The notes under the pieces: model-generated
What the model saw: the letters and a program-made list of their open reading frames with translations, nothing else
The model's database searches: none
What the model was told of the DNA's origin: nothing
Made by a program: the position numbers and the translations under genes
Shown here: positions 48,631 to 59,101 of the stretch, one piece after another
Layout of the letters: every line of letters begins with the position of its first letter
Position numbering within the stretch: the stretch's first letter is position 1
From: a virus
IMG/VR virus record: IMGVR_UViG_3300025849_000010
Span: 64,001 to 128,000 of that record
DNA length: 64,000 nucleotides
Reading direction: 5' to 3' (one strand)

Positions 48631-49811
48631 TGACAATGCAACAATCATATTGTAAACAGATGAAGTATAGTGGGCCAGAAAGTCTACCTCCTTCACACGC
48701 CCAGAAGTTTGACGTATTAATTAACTTTGAAGGCCTTACTGGCTGCGAATATGGTTGTTTAGGATGTTTTGTTAACAAGAATCAAGACGTTACTACAATG
48801 AATCAAATGCTAACAACTGCAAAAGAACTTGCAGATGGTGTAAAGCGTACAGGTTTAAACTTACGTGAGTTTGTTGTAGGTCCGACAGATTTATTCTCTG
48901 CGTCAAATACTGATAGCATTCTTAATAATACTATTATACAAGATATAATGCGCGAACACACTAATGCACGTATTGCTACACCTAGTAAGATAGACGGCGT
49001 GAGCATGGAAAGGTTGCGAGAAGTATTTGCAATACTTGATGATCCTTCTAAGTATAGAGACGAAATGATCATTGAGTTTATTATGCCAGTTGGCGATGTT
49101 GATCGTATACTAAATGACGAAGAATACTTTAAAGATATTAAATCAAAATTAGAATTCTTTAAATCCGAAACTCCCAAGAAAATTGACTGGAGTTGGACAT
49201 TACAAGCAAGTAATGTTATGCAAAAACATCTAACTAAAGAAAACTATAATAAACTGCTATATAAGATTCTTGATGAATATGAAACTATTCTAGAAATGAA
49301 CCCAGCGTTCTCTAGAGCACCGAGTGTATTGCACCAGCGTAAGAACTTAGTAGCATGGAATAACTTCCTAAAAGAAGTAGTAGATCAAGACAATTTTAAA
49401 GACGTTACAATGAGTATGGCTAACTTATATTGTAACTCCATGAACTTCATAGGGTTAACTGTTGTTCCTGGATTAGAGACGCCACGTGTATTTTTAAATG
49501 TAATGTTACACGAACAAGCATTCTTTACACAGCATAGGGATTTAGAAGTAACAGGACTAAGTTTTGAAGAAATTCTAGTCAAGAGGGATCACTTAATAGC
49601 ACAAGGGTTAGCTAAGTCGTCTAAAGTTAAGGATTGTGCAGATTGCAAATATGCAGTAGCATGTGCAAACAGACTAATATTCCAAGCACAAGATGCAATG
49701 AACATGCACGAATGTTTAATGCCGCTAGAAGTATTAGAACTGTATAATCCGTTTGTTACTAGTAACGAACAGTGGAACGACGATGCTTTAAAAATCGTCA
49801 ATGCTCGTTAA
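48630..49811 (+). CDS. Divergent radical-SAM protein 1 (GPTD type)
   Basis: CEYGCLGC; VVGPTD; C-terminal CADCKYAVAC...C. Confidence 0.8.
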   Translation: MTMQQSYCKQMKYSGPESLPPSHAQKFDVLINFEGLTGCEYGCLGCFVNKNQDVTTMNQMLTTAKELADGVKRTGLNLREFVVGPTDLFSASNTDSILNNTIIQDIMREHTNARIATPSKIDGVSMERLREVFAILDDPSKYRDEMIIEFIMPVGDVDRILNDEEYFKDIKSKLEFFKSETPKKIDWSWTLQASNVMQKHLTKENYNKLLYKILDEYETILEMNPAFSRAPSVLHQRKNLVAWNNFLKEVVDQDNFKDVTMSMANLYCNSMNFIGLTVVPGLETPRVFLNVMLHEQAFFTQHRDLEVTGLSFEEILVKRDHLIAQGLAKSSKVKDCADCKYAVACANRLIFQAQDAMNMHECLMPLEVLELYNPFVTSNEQWNDDALKIVNAR

Positions 49812-50829
49812 CCTAAACTCAACTCCTACAGGATTTAACAATTATATAGAAGGCATAAGCCCTAAGGATAATAACTTTCTTAGGACAGAAGTTCATGCTG
49901 ATATATTACATGGATGCAGTCAAAAGTGTCCAGGGTGTTTCATTCCTAGAAAAAATCTTACTAATGCTGATCATCTTACAACACTATGCGATATATTGGA
50001 ATCTAGTGCATATACACCTGATGATGTTGTAATAGGTCCTACTGATATATTTGATGCTGAAAACTTTTGGGACTTAATGGACCATCCTAGTATGAAACGT
50101 TTATACAGTATTGCAGCACTAAGTTTTAACTCAACACTACTACAGGACTACGACACTGTACTTGCCAAACACACTAAGATTTGGAGTCTTTACGAAGGAT
50201 TGGATCGTACGCCTGATATAGATTTTAAAATAGTACTTGATATTACTAGATATTTACAAGGCGATATTGAAGACATGTGTCGCAAACTAGAACTTTTTAA
50301 ACAAGGTAGTGTACAGTTTAGAGTAAACTATTACCCGGGTATATTTGATCGTGTGAGCTATAATGATTTATGTGATATGATTAAAGAAGACTTCAATGCT
50401 CCAGTAGTTATATTGCCAGGTTTCTTAACAGACAGAAATAGTCGAGGTAAAGTTAGTAAATTACTTCCGATGTTTTTAGACGAGCTACGTAAACAAGATA
50501 TAAGACCCGAATACAAACAGTTATACACGATGTTTGATGCAAACTTTAATAGTCACGGATGTACCAATTATAGTTTTTACAACGGCAGCTTGTATATGAA
50601 TCCATTTGTGTTTGACGGAATATTGCAGCGTACACAAGAATTTAAAGTAGACAATCTTAATACTAAAAACTTTTTAGCTGAAAATTTATCATATGCAGCA
50701 TCTACTAAAGAATGTGAAAGTTGCGAATACTTAATGAGCTGTGCAGAGCGCAATGTATTGTTCTATATGAAGTCGAGAAATTTAACAGAGTGTGTTACAG
50801 TAAAGGAGTATACAAATGCCGGTCATTAA
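49801..50829 (+). CDS. Divergent radical-SAM protein 2 (GPTD type)
   Basis: CSQKCPGC; VIGPTD; CESCEYLMSC...C. Confidence 0.8.
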   Translation: MLVNLNSTPTGFNNYIEGISPKDNNFLRTEVHADILHGCSQKCPGCFIPRKNLTNADHLTTLCDILESSAYTPDDVVIGPTDIFDAENFWDLMDHPSMKRLYSIAALSFNSTLLQDYDTVLAKHTKIWSLYEGLDRTPDIDFKIVLDITRYLQGDIEDMCRKLELFKQGSVQFRVNYYPGIFDRVSYNDLCDMIKEDFNAPVVILPGFLTDRNSRGKVSKLLPMFLDELRKQDIRPEYKQLYTMFDANFNSHGCTNYSFYNGSLYMNPFVFDGILQRTQEFKVDNLNTKNFLAENLSYAASTKECESCEYLMSCAERNVLFYMKSRNLTECVTVKEYTNAGH

Positions 50830-51997
50830 AAATAACTTGTATTATGAGCTTACTACAGAAACGCAAACTAAGCCAGTAAGTGCAGTAAAAATACAGCTTG
50901 ATGTGTTAGACGGGTGTGTACACGCTTGCCCTGGGTGTTTTGTACATCGTAGAGGAAATGCACCTGAAGTTGATCATTTAAAAGATTGCCGAAACTTTGT
51001 AAAACGAATTACAGATGTAGGTGTTTTAGTTGACGAAATACTCATAGGCCCAACTGACTGTTTATCTAGTGAAAACTTTTATGAAGTAATGAGCAATACT
51101 GATTTGTTAGCAATGATAAATGAAAACTCTCCTATACTTGCTTTTACTACTACATTTTTAGAAAAGGATCTAACACATTTAGATCGTTGGATTACGTTTT
51201 TACATGACAATGTGAATACTGACACTGAAATAGAAATTGGCATAGCAACTGATCCTATGCGATATAAAGATATACTTTATATACAGCAATTAAAACGCTG
51301 TATTGCATATGTCGACCAGCATTTAAAACATGAATGTACATATACGTTTATTGTTAATATTAGAAACTATGACCTAGACTACGAGCAAATACATGATTTT
51401 GTAGTGAAGCAATTTGATACAACAATTGACTTTATTCCAAGTGTAAGTCGCAGTCATAAAGCAAGTATCATACTACCTACACTAAATCAATTCAATGAAT
51501 TTTTTGAAGCATTACCAGAAGATACTCATTTAAATAATATTATGGTAGATCACACACATGCTGGGCATAATTATACCGTATTAAATTTTAAAGGAGGACA
51601 GTGGTATCTAAGTCCGTTCCTTTATGAAAATATGGCATTGTATGATAATATGTTTGCAGTAAACAATCTAGACGAAGCATATGATCTTACTGTGTCACAA
51701 GTAGATCGAGCTAAAGGAACAGTGTGCGAAAACTGTGATTTATTTTTTAGTTGCTACAATAGAAAAATTATTTTATTACGTGACTACTTGGGTACTAAAG
51801 AGTGTATAGCGCCTAAGCAAAATATGTTAAAAAATATACATAACTATAATAAAAGTGCTGCTGAAATGTATGACTGGACAGGATATACTGTTGAGGGTGA
51901 TAAGCAAGGATATCGTAAAAAATTCTTAATAACTAAAGACGGCGATGAAAGATTAGATGAAATAAAAAAGGTGTATCATGTCAATCGTAAAGGATAA
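50816..51997 (+). CDS. Divergent radical-SAM protein 3 (GPTD type)
   Basis: CVHACPGC; LIGPTD; CENCDLFFSC...C. Confidence 0.8.
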   Translation: MPVIKNNLYYELTTETQTKPVSAVKIQLDVLDGCVHACPGCFVHRRGNAPEVDHLKDCRNFVKRITDVGVLVDEILIGPTDCLSSENFYEVMSNTDLLAMINENSPILAFTTTFLEKDLTHLDRWITFLHDNVNTDTEIEIGIATDPMRYKDILYIQQLKRCIAYVDQHLKHECTYTFIVNIRNYDLDYEQIHDFVVKQFDTTIDFIPSVSRSHKASIILPTLNQFNEFFEALPEDTHLNNIMVDHTHAGHNYTVLNFKGGQWYLSPFLYENMALYDNMFAVNNLDEAYDLTVSQVDRAKGTVCENCDLFFSCYNRKIILLRDYLGTKECIAPKQNMLKNIHNYNKSAAEMYDWTGYTVEGDKQGYRKKFLITKDGDERLDEIKKVYHVNRKG

Positions 51998-53072
51998 TTA
52001 TTGGGAAGCAACAATGGGTCATAAAGACTATAATATCAGTGTAGGTGATGCACATGATATAAAAGTAAACATGACAGTTGACGTCCTTGACGGGTGCATA
52101 CATGCTTGTGAAGGATGCTTTGTTAATCGCAGAAGACAGCAAGCATCTAATGATCAGTTTTCCAAAGTACTAGCTGCACAAAAAATGTTTAATCAAAATA
52201 ACATTCGATTTAGCAGCATAATACTTGGTCCTACTGATGTCTTTGGTAATTTAAATATACAGGACGTTTTAAAATTTGATAGTTTTAAAGAAGTAGTAAG
52301 TAACTGCACCACTGTCGGAATGATTAGTACACTGCTTAACGATGATACTCATATCAATCCTATAATAGATGGCTTCAACGCTATACCTAAATGTGAAGGT
52401 TTCTTATATGACTTTCAAGTAGTTATTGATGTTAAACGAGCACTTGATCCAGAATATAGAAAGAATCACTTAGCACGTATACATGATGTTTTAAATAGAT
52501 TTACTGATCCCTTAAACTTTACTATAATTTTTAATATGGATCAAGACTTTGCTGAGTTTGGAAATCTAGCAGAAATATGTCGTGTAATAAAAGAAGAGTA
52601 CGACACTATTGTAGAGCCTATTCCTAGTTATCAGCGTTATGGTAAAGGAAAAATACACAACGATATTATTAGGGCGTGGGTTGATATAATAGAAGACACG
52701 TTCACTAAAGAAAATCAAGAATACCTAGCCATGACAATAGCTGACAAAAATCAAGGTGGCGCACTTGAATTAAATTATACATATAGTGCAGGAGAATTTT
52801 ATTCAACTCCGTTTGTTTATGAAGTTGCACTTATACGTGACGAAAAGTTTAGAGTAAAAGATCCAACAGATATTAAAAGTTGGACTAGCTTAAAAACAGA
52901 CTTGTATATAGATCAGCTTGCGTATTCCCCTAAAACGCTGCATTGTGAAACATGCAATCGTCGTGAAATATGTTTGAAAAAACACGTATTAAGTTATATG
53001 GAGCATTTTGACTTTACGGAGTGTGTGTATCCTAGAGAAGTATTAAATGAATATAGGCCGTTAACATGTTAA
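51978..53072 (+). CDS. Divergent radical-SAM protein 4 (GPTD type)
   Basis: CIHACEGC; ILGPTD; CETCNRREIC...C. Confidence 0.8.
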   Translation: MSIVKDNYWEATMGHKDYNISVGDAHDIKVNMTVDVLDGCIHACEGCFVNRRRQQASNDQFSKVLAAQKMFNQNNIRFSSIILGPTDVFGNLNIQDVLKFDSFKEVVSNCTTVGMISTLLNDDTHINPIIDGFNAIPKCEGFLYDFQVVIDVKRALDPEYRKNHLARIHDVLNRFTDPLNFTIIFNMDQDFAEFGNLAEICRVIKEEYDTIVEPIPSYQRYGKGKIHNDIIRAWVDIIEDTFTKENQEYLAMTIADKNQGGALELNYTYSAGEFYSTPFVYEVALIRDEKFRVKDPTDIKSWTSLKTDLYIDQLAYSPKTLHCETCNRREICLKKHVLSYMEHFDFTECVYPREVLNEYRPLTC

Positions 53073-54193
53073 AAAATGATTGGCAAACTTATCTGCAAAA
53101 TAATAAACAATCTCTTTCACCAGAGGGGTTTATAGATCCTGCTGATCAAAACAAGATAAAAATTCAGTTAATGCTTGAAATATTAGAAGGTTGTGCTTAC
53201 AACTGTTCGGGCTGTTTTGTTAAAAGACGAAAAAACTTTGGACAGGGATTAGGGCTAGACTATGCTGCACAACTTGTTGACGAGTTAACTGATCAATATG
53301 TATTAGATGATATTATTGTAGGACCTACTGATTTCTTCTCCAGCGGAAATATAATACAAGTCTTAGAAGATCCTAGATTTAAAAAGATAGTAAACGCATT
53401 ACCCGAAGACGGCGGACTACAGCATAACTGTTCAATAGACTTTTTTATAGGAAATGATCGAGTAAAAGAAATTATTACTTATATTGAAAATAGCTATCTA
53501 AAGGATCGTCCGTTTGATGTACAAATTGCAGTAGACTTGCATATGTTAGATAATCCACATGTACACGATTTAATAAGTGAACGCCTAGAAGCTATGGAAA
53601 ATAGTTCTGTAGAATATGAAGTAAGCCTGCTGTGTAATATAACTCAAGACATTGACGACGATGTATTAGACAAAATTGAAACTGTTAGAAACAAGTGGAA
53701 TACTGTTGTTGAATGGGGGCCTAGTTTAGTACGTGCCATGACAAATAGGCCTGATAAAATGTTAGGTATGATACAAGGATGGAATGAAAGTATAGGAAAG
53801 GTTGCTAGCATAGATGAAAAGCGTTTTACACAAAACTTTATATGGCAACAGAGCGATACTAGTCATAAAAACTTTAATGAAGTAATTGTTACAGTTAATA
53901 ATGACCAGTTATATATAGTTCCGTTTTTATATGAAAATTCTCCTATATATCATCCTAGTTTCGAAGTACCGATAGGCGAAAATATATTAAACAGTATTTT
54001 TGATAAAAGGCACGAATTGCAATTAACACAATATGCTAACATTCCTAACTTAGTATGCAACGGATGTAAGTATGTAGAAAATTGTAGCTCTAGATTAATA
54101 CCAACGCTAATCACAGATGTAGTTAAGCATAACCAGTGTCTAATAAATAAAAACATAATGGCATTATACGACAATATAGGATATAATAAATGA
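53066..54193 (+). CDS. Divergent radical-SAM protein 5 (GPTD type)
   Basis: CAYNCSGC; IVGPTD; CNGCKYVENC...C. Confidence 0.8.
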   Translation: MLKNDWQTYLQNNKQSLSPEGFIDPADQNKIKIQLMLEILEGCAYNCSGCFVKRRKNFGQGLGLDYAAQLVDELTDQYVLDDIIVGPTDFFSSGNIIQVLEDPRFKKIVNALPEDGGLQHNCSIDFFIGNDRVKEIITYIENSYLKDRPFDVQIAVDLHMLDNPHVHDLISERLEAMENSSVEYEVSLLCNITQDIDDDVLDKIETVRNKWNTVVEWGPSLVRAMTNRPDKMLGMIQGWNESIGKVASIDEKRFTQNFIWQQSDTSHKNFNEVIVTVNNDQLYIVPFLYENSPIYHPSFEVPIGENILNSIFDKRHELQLTQYANIPNLVCNGCKYVENCSSRLIPTLITDVVKHNQCLINKNIMALYDNIGYNK

Positions 54194-55398
54194 GCTGCGG
54201 AACAGAAATACTAAAAGCATTAATGCCGGATAACATTACTGATGATCACTTGTTGGACACAAAGGCACAGCAAGAAGCAAATGCAGTAACACACGCAATA
54301 TTAGAGCGTAAGCGTCCTCTTATTGGCGAAATTGAAATAACACTTTTTGAAAACTGTCCTATTAATTGCGACTTTTGCTTCCATGATAAAGAAAGCGAAG
54401 TAGGCATGACATATGAAGAAATGCTAATGAAACTTCCTCTGGTAGAAGCACACTGTAAAAAGATGCAGGGCAAAGTACATGCTATGCAGTTTAATATGGT
54501 AGGTGGAGAGCTGTTTCAAGACCGTGCAAAAGATACACTGTATCCTATGTTTTTTGATTTAATGGTAGAAATTAAAAAAATAACAGATAGGTACGGACAC
54601 GTTATACAAGTAGTTTGGGTTAGTAACTTTTTGTTTAAGTATCACGAAGATGTACGCAAACTGCTAGACGATCTAAATGCAGTAGACATACCAAGTAAAC
54701 TGATTGCTAGTTATGATCTAAGTGGACGTCCTACAGGCGGACAATACACTAAAAATATCGAACGTTTTAAAGATTATATTTCTACTATCAATTTAGTAGC
54801 AACAACAGACAGTATCAATGCATTGTTTGCAGGAGATGATTATTTCAATTATCTATATGAAAACTTTGATTTGTTCTTTGATGATTTTATTCCAGATCCG
54901 GGATACGACCATTTAGTACCAGCTGATTCGCTTTACTTAAAGTTTATGAAATACATTGCTGATAATTATCCAGAAGTAAATCCGTATAAAGAACTTATAG
55001 AAAATGATGTTAATCAAATGCATTGTATGAGCTTAAACAAGTTAACTATTTTTCCGGATAACACAACTGCAAATTGCCGTTGGCATCGTTATACACGCAA
55101 TGATTTTCAACACGCATATATTAGAAAAGACAACACTAACCTCATGCAAGCATACATGGACGAAGTTGGTTGTTTAAGTTGTCAATATTTTGATCGTTGC
55201 GGCTTCCGTTGTTATACGCAATGGGACTGGAAGAATCGTGCTAGGGATTTACCACCTGGCATTTGTCCTATAAAAGAGTTCTTTAATTATGTAGGGGATA
55301 CTGATCAAACATCATCTCTTCCTCATAATAAGACCTTACGTCGGGCACCATTCCCGTCTGAGATGAAGGATCAGGAAGGCTTATATGGTCGAGAATAG
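54190..55398 (+). CDS. Radical-SAM/SPASM-type protein 6
   Basis: CPINCDFC; VGGELF; C-terminal CLSCQYFDRCGFRC...ICP. Confidence 0.88.
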   Translation: MSCGTEILKALMPDNITDDHLLDTKAQQEANAVTHAILERKRPLIGEIEITLFENCPINCDFCFHDKESEVGMTYEEMLMKLPLVEAHCKKMQGKVHAMQFNMVGGELFQDRAKDTLYPMFFDLMVEIKKITDRYGHVIQVVWVSNFLFKYHEDVRKLLDDLNAVDIPSKLIASYDLSGRPTGGQYTKNIERFKDYISTINLVATTDSINALFAGDDYFNYLYENFDLFFDDFIPDPGYDHLVPADSLYLKFMKYIADNYPEVNPYKELIENDVNQMHCMSLNKLTIFPDNTTANCRWHRYTRNDFQHAYIRKDNTNLMQAYMDEVGCLSCQYFDRCGFRCYTQWDWKNRARDLPPGICPIKEFFNYVGDTDQTSSLPHNKTLRRAPFPSEMKDQEGLYGRE

Positions 55399-55702
55399 CA
55401 TTGTAAGTTTCTTTATCTTCGCTATAGGGTTTAAAGTACGGATCATTGCCGGCTAATAAATCTTTATCATCTAGTAGCTCGTAGAAATCGTATTTAAAAT
55501 CTAAACTTATCCAATAAGCATAACAGATTGCTACGAAATAACTTTTAGCAGGATACACCCATTCGTCTACACGTTCGTAGAAATGTTTCACTGCCCAAAT
55601 AACACTGTCTTCTTCTGTACGAATGTCGACTTTGTTTAAGTCGTCAGTAAATTCTGTTGCAGTACTATTAAATAGTTGTAATCTAGTCTTCCAGTTCAGC
55701 AT
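55283..55702 (-). CDS. Hypothetical protein in the radical-SAM cluster
   Basis: 139 aa; start overlaps the end of the upstream minus-strand radical-SAM gene; aromatic/acidic composition. Confidence 0.7.
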   Translation of the reverse strand: MLNWKTRLQLFNSTATEFTDDLNKVDIRTEEDSVIWAVKHFYERVDEWVYPAKSYFVAICYAYWISLDFKYDFYELLDDKDLLAGNDPYFKPYSEDKETYNAILDHISLPDPSSQTGMVPDVRSYYEEEMMFDQYPLHN

Positions 55703-56600
55703 ACCAGTCTATTAGTCCCTTATATCCATTACAGCCGTTGTTTAAGTCTTTAACATATCGATAATGTTCAGTTAAGCATTTACCGTAGTATTTACAATTA
55801 TGACATATTTCACTGACGTTTTCTGTAGACTCTTTTGAAGCCCACAACAAGTATTCGTCAAACGTATTATATTCTTCAAAAAACTCATTATCGTTCTTGT
55901 CAAATTCAAGCACACCGAATTTAGCATCAGGCGTAATGTATACATGATCGTTACTAAATGCATTACGATTGCCTTCTAATACATCTTCTAAATCATCTAC
56001 GTTAACAAAATCAAACTGCTTTAATACAGGAGATTCTATCCATTGCTGCACATGTTGTTCAAAATCTCTATGTGTAACAGGGTGTGCATTTGCTTGATTA
56101 GTTGAGTAAGGTTTTATTTCTACACACTTAACATTTTGCATCATATTAAATGTATTAATCATTAAGTCTACATTAGTAGCTAATACCTTAGGACTTGCTA
56201 AAACTAGTACACTAATATCCTTAGGAAAAAGCATCATATTCTGTAATACTTTATCACTTTGTTCTCGAGCTTCGAAGTCATAGCTTACACTAATATGCAC
56301 ATCATCATCTAAAAAGAAATCAGGCCTTGCACTTAAATTAGTATTGATGTTAATTCTACCACTAAAATATTTTCTAATAACAGTTTTCAAACTATAAAAA
56401 TATTCTTTATCTAGCATACCTATTTCGCCACCGTATAAATCTACGTGTGTAATCGGTACAGACACTTCACTAAGACGCTTGTCTAGATCTTCCGGAGTAA
56501 TACGCTTTTTATTACCTAGTTGGGCTGTAGTAAGATAACAAAAGTCGCAGCGAAAGTTACAAAAATATGTAGGATTGATACTAACAGTAAATTCAGTCAT
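55683..56600 (-). CDS. Radical-SAM protein 7 with C-terminal Cys cluster
   Basis: CNFRCDFC; YGGE; CHNCKYYGKC...GC. Confidence 0.88.
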   Translation of the reverse strand: MTEFTVSINPTYFCNFRCDFCYLTTAQLGNKKRITPEDLDKRLSEVSVPITHVDLYGGEIGMLDKEYFYSLKTVIRKYFSGRININTNLSARPDFFLDDDVHISVSYDFEAREQSDKVLQNMMLFPKDISVLVLASPKVLATNVDLMINTFNMMQNVKCVEIKPYSTNQANAHPVTHRDFEQHVQQWIESPVLKQFDFVNVDDLEDVLEGNRNAFSNDHVYITPDAKFGVLEFDKNDNEFFEEYNTFDEYLLWASKESTENVSEICHNCKYYGKCLTEHYRYVKDLNNGCNGYKGLIDWYAELED

Positions 56601-57627
56601 ATTCCCTCACATAAGGAGTAACGCTATCAGGGTCTTGATTATTCAACTTTAAAATAGTTGGAGCAAGTTGTTTCATTTCAAAACAATGTTCTTCTACTTG
56701 ACCTTCACGCTTGTGATCTCTAACAGTTTTACGACAGCCGTTACATATTCTAAACATAGGACACGTTAGGCATGCCTGCTTCATTGAAATTAGTTCTGGC
56801 GCATCTTGCAACGGTGTACTAAATCCTCCTGACATTTCATATTCAAAGTCGATAGGATAATCTTTGTCGTCACCTAAACTACCGCAACTATAATAGTCGC
56901 CGCCTGGATTGAACGCACGTATGCCTTCGTCACAATGTCTGTTTTGAGGACAAGTAGTTGTATCACTTTGTAGCCTACGAACCATTTGTTGTGTATTGTA
57001 TTCCCAGTCCATTAGTCCAGCGTTGTAAATATCAATGTATGCTTTATATATTTTACTAAGACGATATGTATAGCCCTGCTCGCCGCTTGCCATTGCATAG
57101 TTTACTTTGCAAACTACATTCATCTTTTTAGCAAGCTCTACTGTTTTAATAATAGTATGCTCGTTCATGTCGTCAATAACAGCAATAAACTCAGGACGAT
57201 AACCACAAAGTTCTAACATTTTATCTGATACTTTCCAGAAGTCTTCTTCTGTAAATATTGAAAAGTCACCTTTAAGTCTACCAGCACCGTATTGAAAACT
57301 AGTCGAGATTCCCATACGTGGGTGATTGAATAAATCTATCCACTTTTCGGGTTTAACGTAAAACGGCCATAAGTTGCTAGTAAAGCTAATAGTTGCCGGC
57401 ATATCGTGTGTATCGAGATATTCTATTATTTTCCAATAATATTCTGGAGACATCATGAGTGGATCACCACCGTTAACAATAATTGTATTAGTGTCGGGAT
57501 ATCTATCTAAAAATCTAAAGATATAATCGTGATCTAATTGTCCTGCATTATTAGGATCGATCTTAGTCGAAGAACAAAATGTACATTTGAAGTTACATGC
57601 TTCAGTGGGTTTAATAATAAGATCCAT
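56593..57627 (-). CDS. Radical-SAM/SPASM protein 8
   Basis: IKPTEACNFKCTFC; NGGDP; CPQNRHC...YYSC...CLTCPMFRICNGC...HC. Confidence 0.9.
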   Translation of the reverse strand: MDLIIKPTEACNFKCTFCSSTKIDPNNAGQLDHDYIFRFLDRYPDTNTIIVNGGDPLMMSPEYYWKIIEYLDTHDMPATISFTSNLWPFYVKPEKWIDLFNHPRMGISTSFQYGAGRLKGDFSIFTEEDFWKVSDKMLELCGYRPEFIAVIDDMNEHTIIKTVELAKKMNVVCKVNYAMASGEQGYTYRLSKIYKAYIDIYNAGLMDWEYNTQQMVRRLQSDTTTCPQNRHCDEGIRAFNPGGDYYSCGSLGDDKDYPIDFEYEMSGGFSTPLQDAPELISMKQACLTCPMFRICNGCRKTVRDHKREGQVEEHCFEMKQLAPTILKLNNQDPDSVTPYVREYD

Positions 57628-58655
57628 TACGGCGCTAACTCCAACATTAGTGTTTTAGGAGCAGGACATATATCGCCTTCCCATGCAAGTTTGTAACAAT
57701 CGCCACCGCAGTAAAACTGCACAGGACATTCATAACATTTAGAATTTCTATTCATTTCAGTTGCAATATTACACATTCGACTTGGATGAAATAATACATG
57801 ATCTATGTCATCAGAAATGTGTGCATAGTGTGCAGTTGGCGCACTATTGGGACAACCTGCAATGCGACCGTCTGCATTTATAGTAAACAGTTTTTGTTCA
57901 CAGTCTCTACAGAATGTACTTGCACGAGTAATGCCATCCTCAAACTTCATATATACACTTTCAATTGTAGAGTTGTATATTTTATCTCTAAGATTTCTTG
58001 CTTGTGTTTCCTTGTGCAACTGTAAGTACCAATCTTGTATTTCTATATTAGTAGGAAATATCTTAGGATTGCGCACAGCATTGCCGTCTGAAGTTAATCT
58101 TTCAAAGTCAACTTCTTGTATACCTAAGTCGATCAAATATTCGATAACATCTGCAGGATTTTCTTGTATCATATCTTTACTTAAACTAACAAAACACTTG
58201 ATGTCTACTCCATCTGCTGTTAGTTGACGCACATTATCTTCCCATAGTTTTTGCTGTTTAGCATTAGCCCAACGTATAAACGGATCGTAACTTGTACCTA
58301 AACGTTTGTGTAGTATTCCGTATATTAGATCAAGTTTCTCGTCTGTAAGTTTATATGTTAAGTTAGTGGTCATGCCGTAGTAAGCTCTGTCACCCCAAAC
58401 ATCATAAGTCAGTTTGTGAAACAGTTTCATATCTTCTACGGGTGCAAGCATAGGTTCACCGCCGTGGAACTCGAAAGCTATTCCGCTATTGGGCATTTTA
58501 GCATACAGTCTATTAAAAAAATCTGCTGTAGCACGGGGATCAAAATAAATCTTACGTCCGTTGATGCCATTAGTAAAACAATGAGAACAGTTTAAATTAC
58601 AAGTCTCAGTTGTTTTAATATAAGACATATACTGTGTGGCGTTATGTACGGTCAT
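57627..58655 (-). CDS. Radical-SAM/SPASM protein 9 (anSME/peptide-maturase-like)
   Basis: IKTTETCNLNCSHC; FHGGEP; CRDC...DGRIAGC...CYECPVQFYCGGDC...ICP. Confidence 0.92.
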   Translation of the reverse strand: MTVHNATQYMSYIKTTETCNLNCSHCFTNGINGRKIYFDPRATADFFNRLYAKMPNSGIAFEFHGGEPMLAPVEDMKLFHKLTYDVWGDRAYYGMTTNLTYKLTDEKLDLIYGILHKRLGTSYDPFIRWANAKQQKLWEDNVRQLTADGVDIKCFVSLSKDMIQENPADVIEYLIDLGIQEVDFERLTSDGNAVRNPKIFPTNIEIQDWYLQLHKETQARNLRDKIYNSTIESVYMKFEDGITRASTFCRDCEQKLFTINADGRIAGCPNSAPTAHYAHISDDIDHVLFHPSRMCNIATEMNRNSKCYECPVQFYCGGDCYKLAWEGDICPAPKTLMLELAP

Positions 58656-59100
58656 CTAATCCCCAAGATAGCATAATGCTATTGTCTTTATTTAAAGCAC
58701 GGTGCGGTGTTTCTGCAGGCACAAACAAGCAATGTCCACTGTGTGCTGTTATCTCTGTACCGTTTATTTCTAATGTTTTACTTCCATGAGTAACTTGCAA
58801 TACTAAGTCTACAGGATCGGTGTGAATACCGAATGATGGAGAATTAGGCTTTGCGTAGAACACATGACAAGTACCATTATTAAAATTACAAATCTGTTCA
58901 TACTTTTCTAATTTAATTGTTATATCATCACGCAGCAAAAGATTATCTACTACTCCGAGATATGAAATATAATCATTTTCGGTTATATAATGTTGTAAGC
59001 CTTCACTGTCAATGTAGCTAGTCATTACTCTATTATATGCTAAGTCACTGCGGAGTATATCATAAAACTCTAACATTGACATTTTAACTTTAGGAATCAT
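58642..59100 (-). CDS. JmjC/cupin-type Fe(II)/2OG hydroxylase
   Basis: HVFYA..NSPSFGIHTDPVDLVLQVTHGSK...LFVPAETPHRA gives an HxD...H triad, as in Cupin_4/YcfD-type protein hydroxylases. Likely start ATG 59100. Confidence 0.78.
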   Translation of the reverse strand: MIPKVKMSMLEFYDILRSDLAYNRVMTSYIDSEGLQHYITENDYISYLGVVDNLLLRDDITIKLEKYEQICNFNNGTCHVFYAKPNSPSFGIHTDPVDLVLQVTHGSKTLEINGTEITAHSGHCLFVPAETPHRALNKDNSIMLSWGLDDRT

Positions 59101-59101
59101 A

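Noticed and set aside
48630-58655. Radical-SAM genes as PqqE, completing a phage PQQ pathway with pqqA
   Set aside because: No pqqB, pqqC or pqqD recognised; pqqA is about 21 kb away in its own cassette; the adjacent (CHxS)3 proteins are more parsimonious substrates. Not fully excluded without phylogeny.
48630-58655. Radical-SAM genes as DNA-modification (QueE/7-deazaguanine) or NrdG enzymes
   Set aside because: C-terminal SPASM-like Cys clusters, no folE/queC/queD/nrdD nearby, and late structural context.
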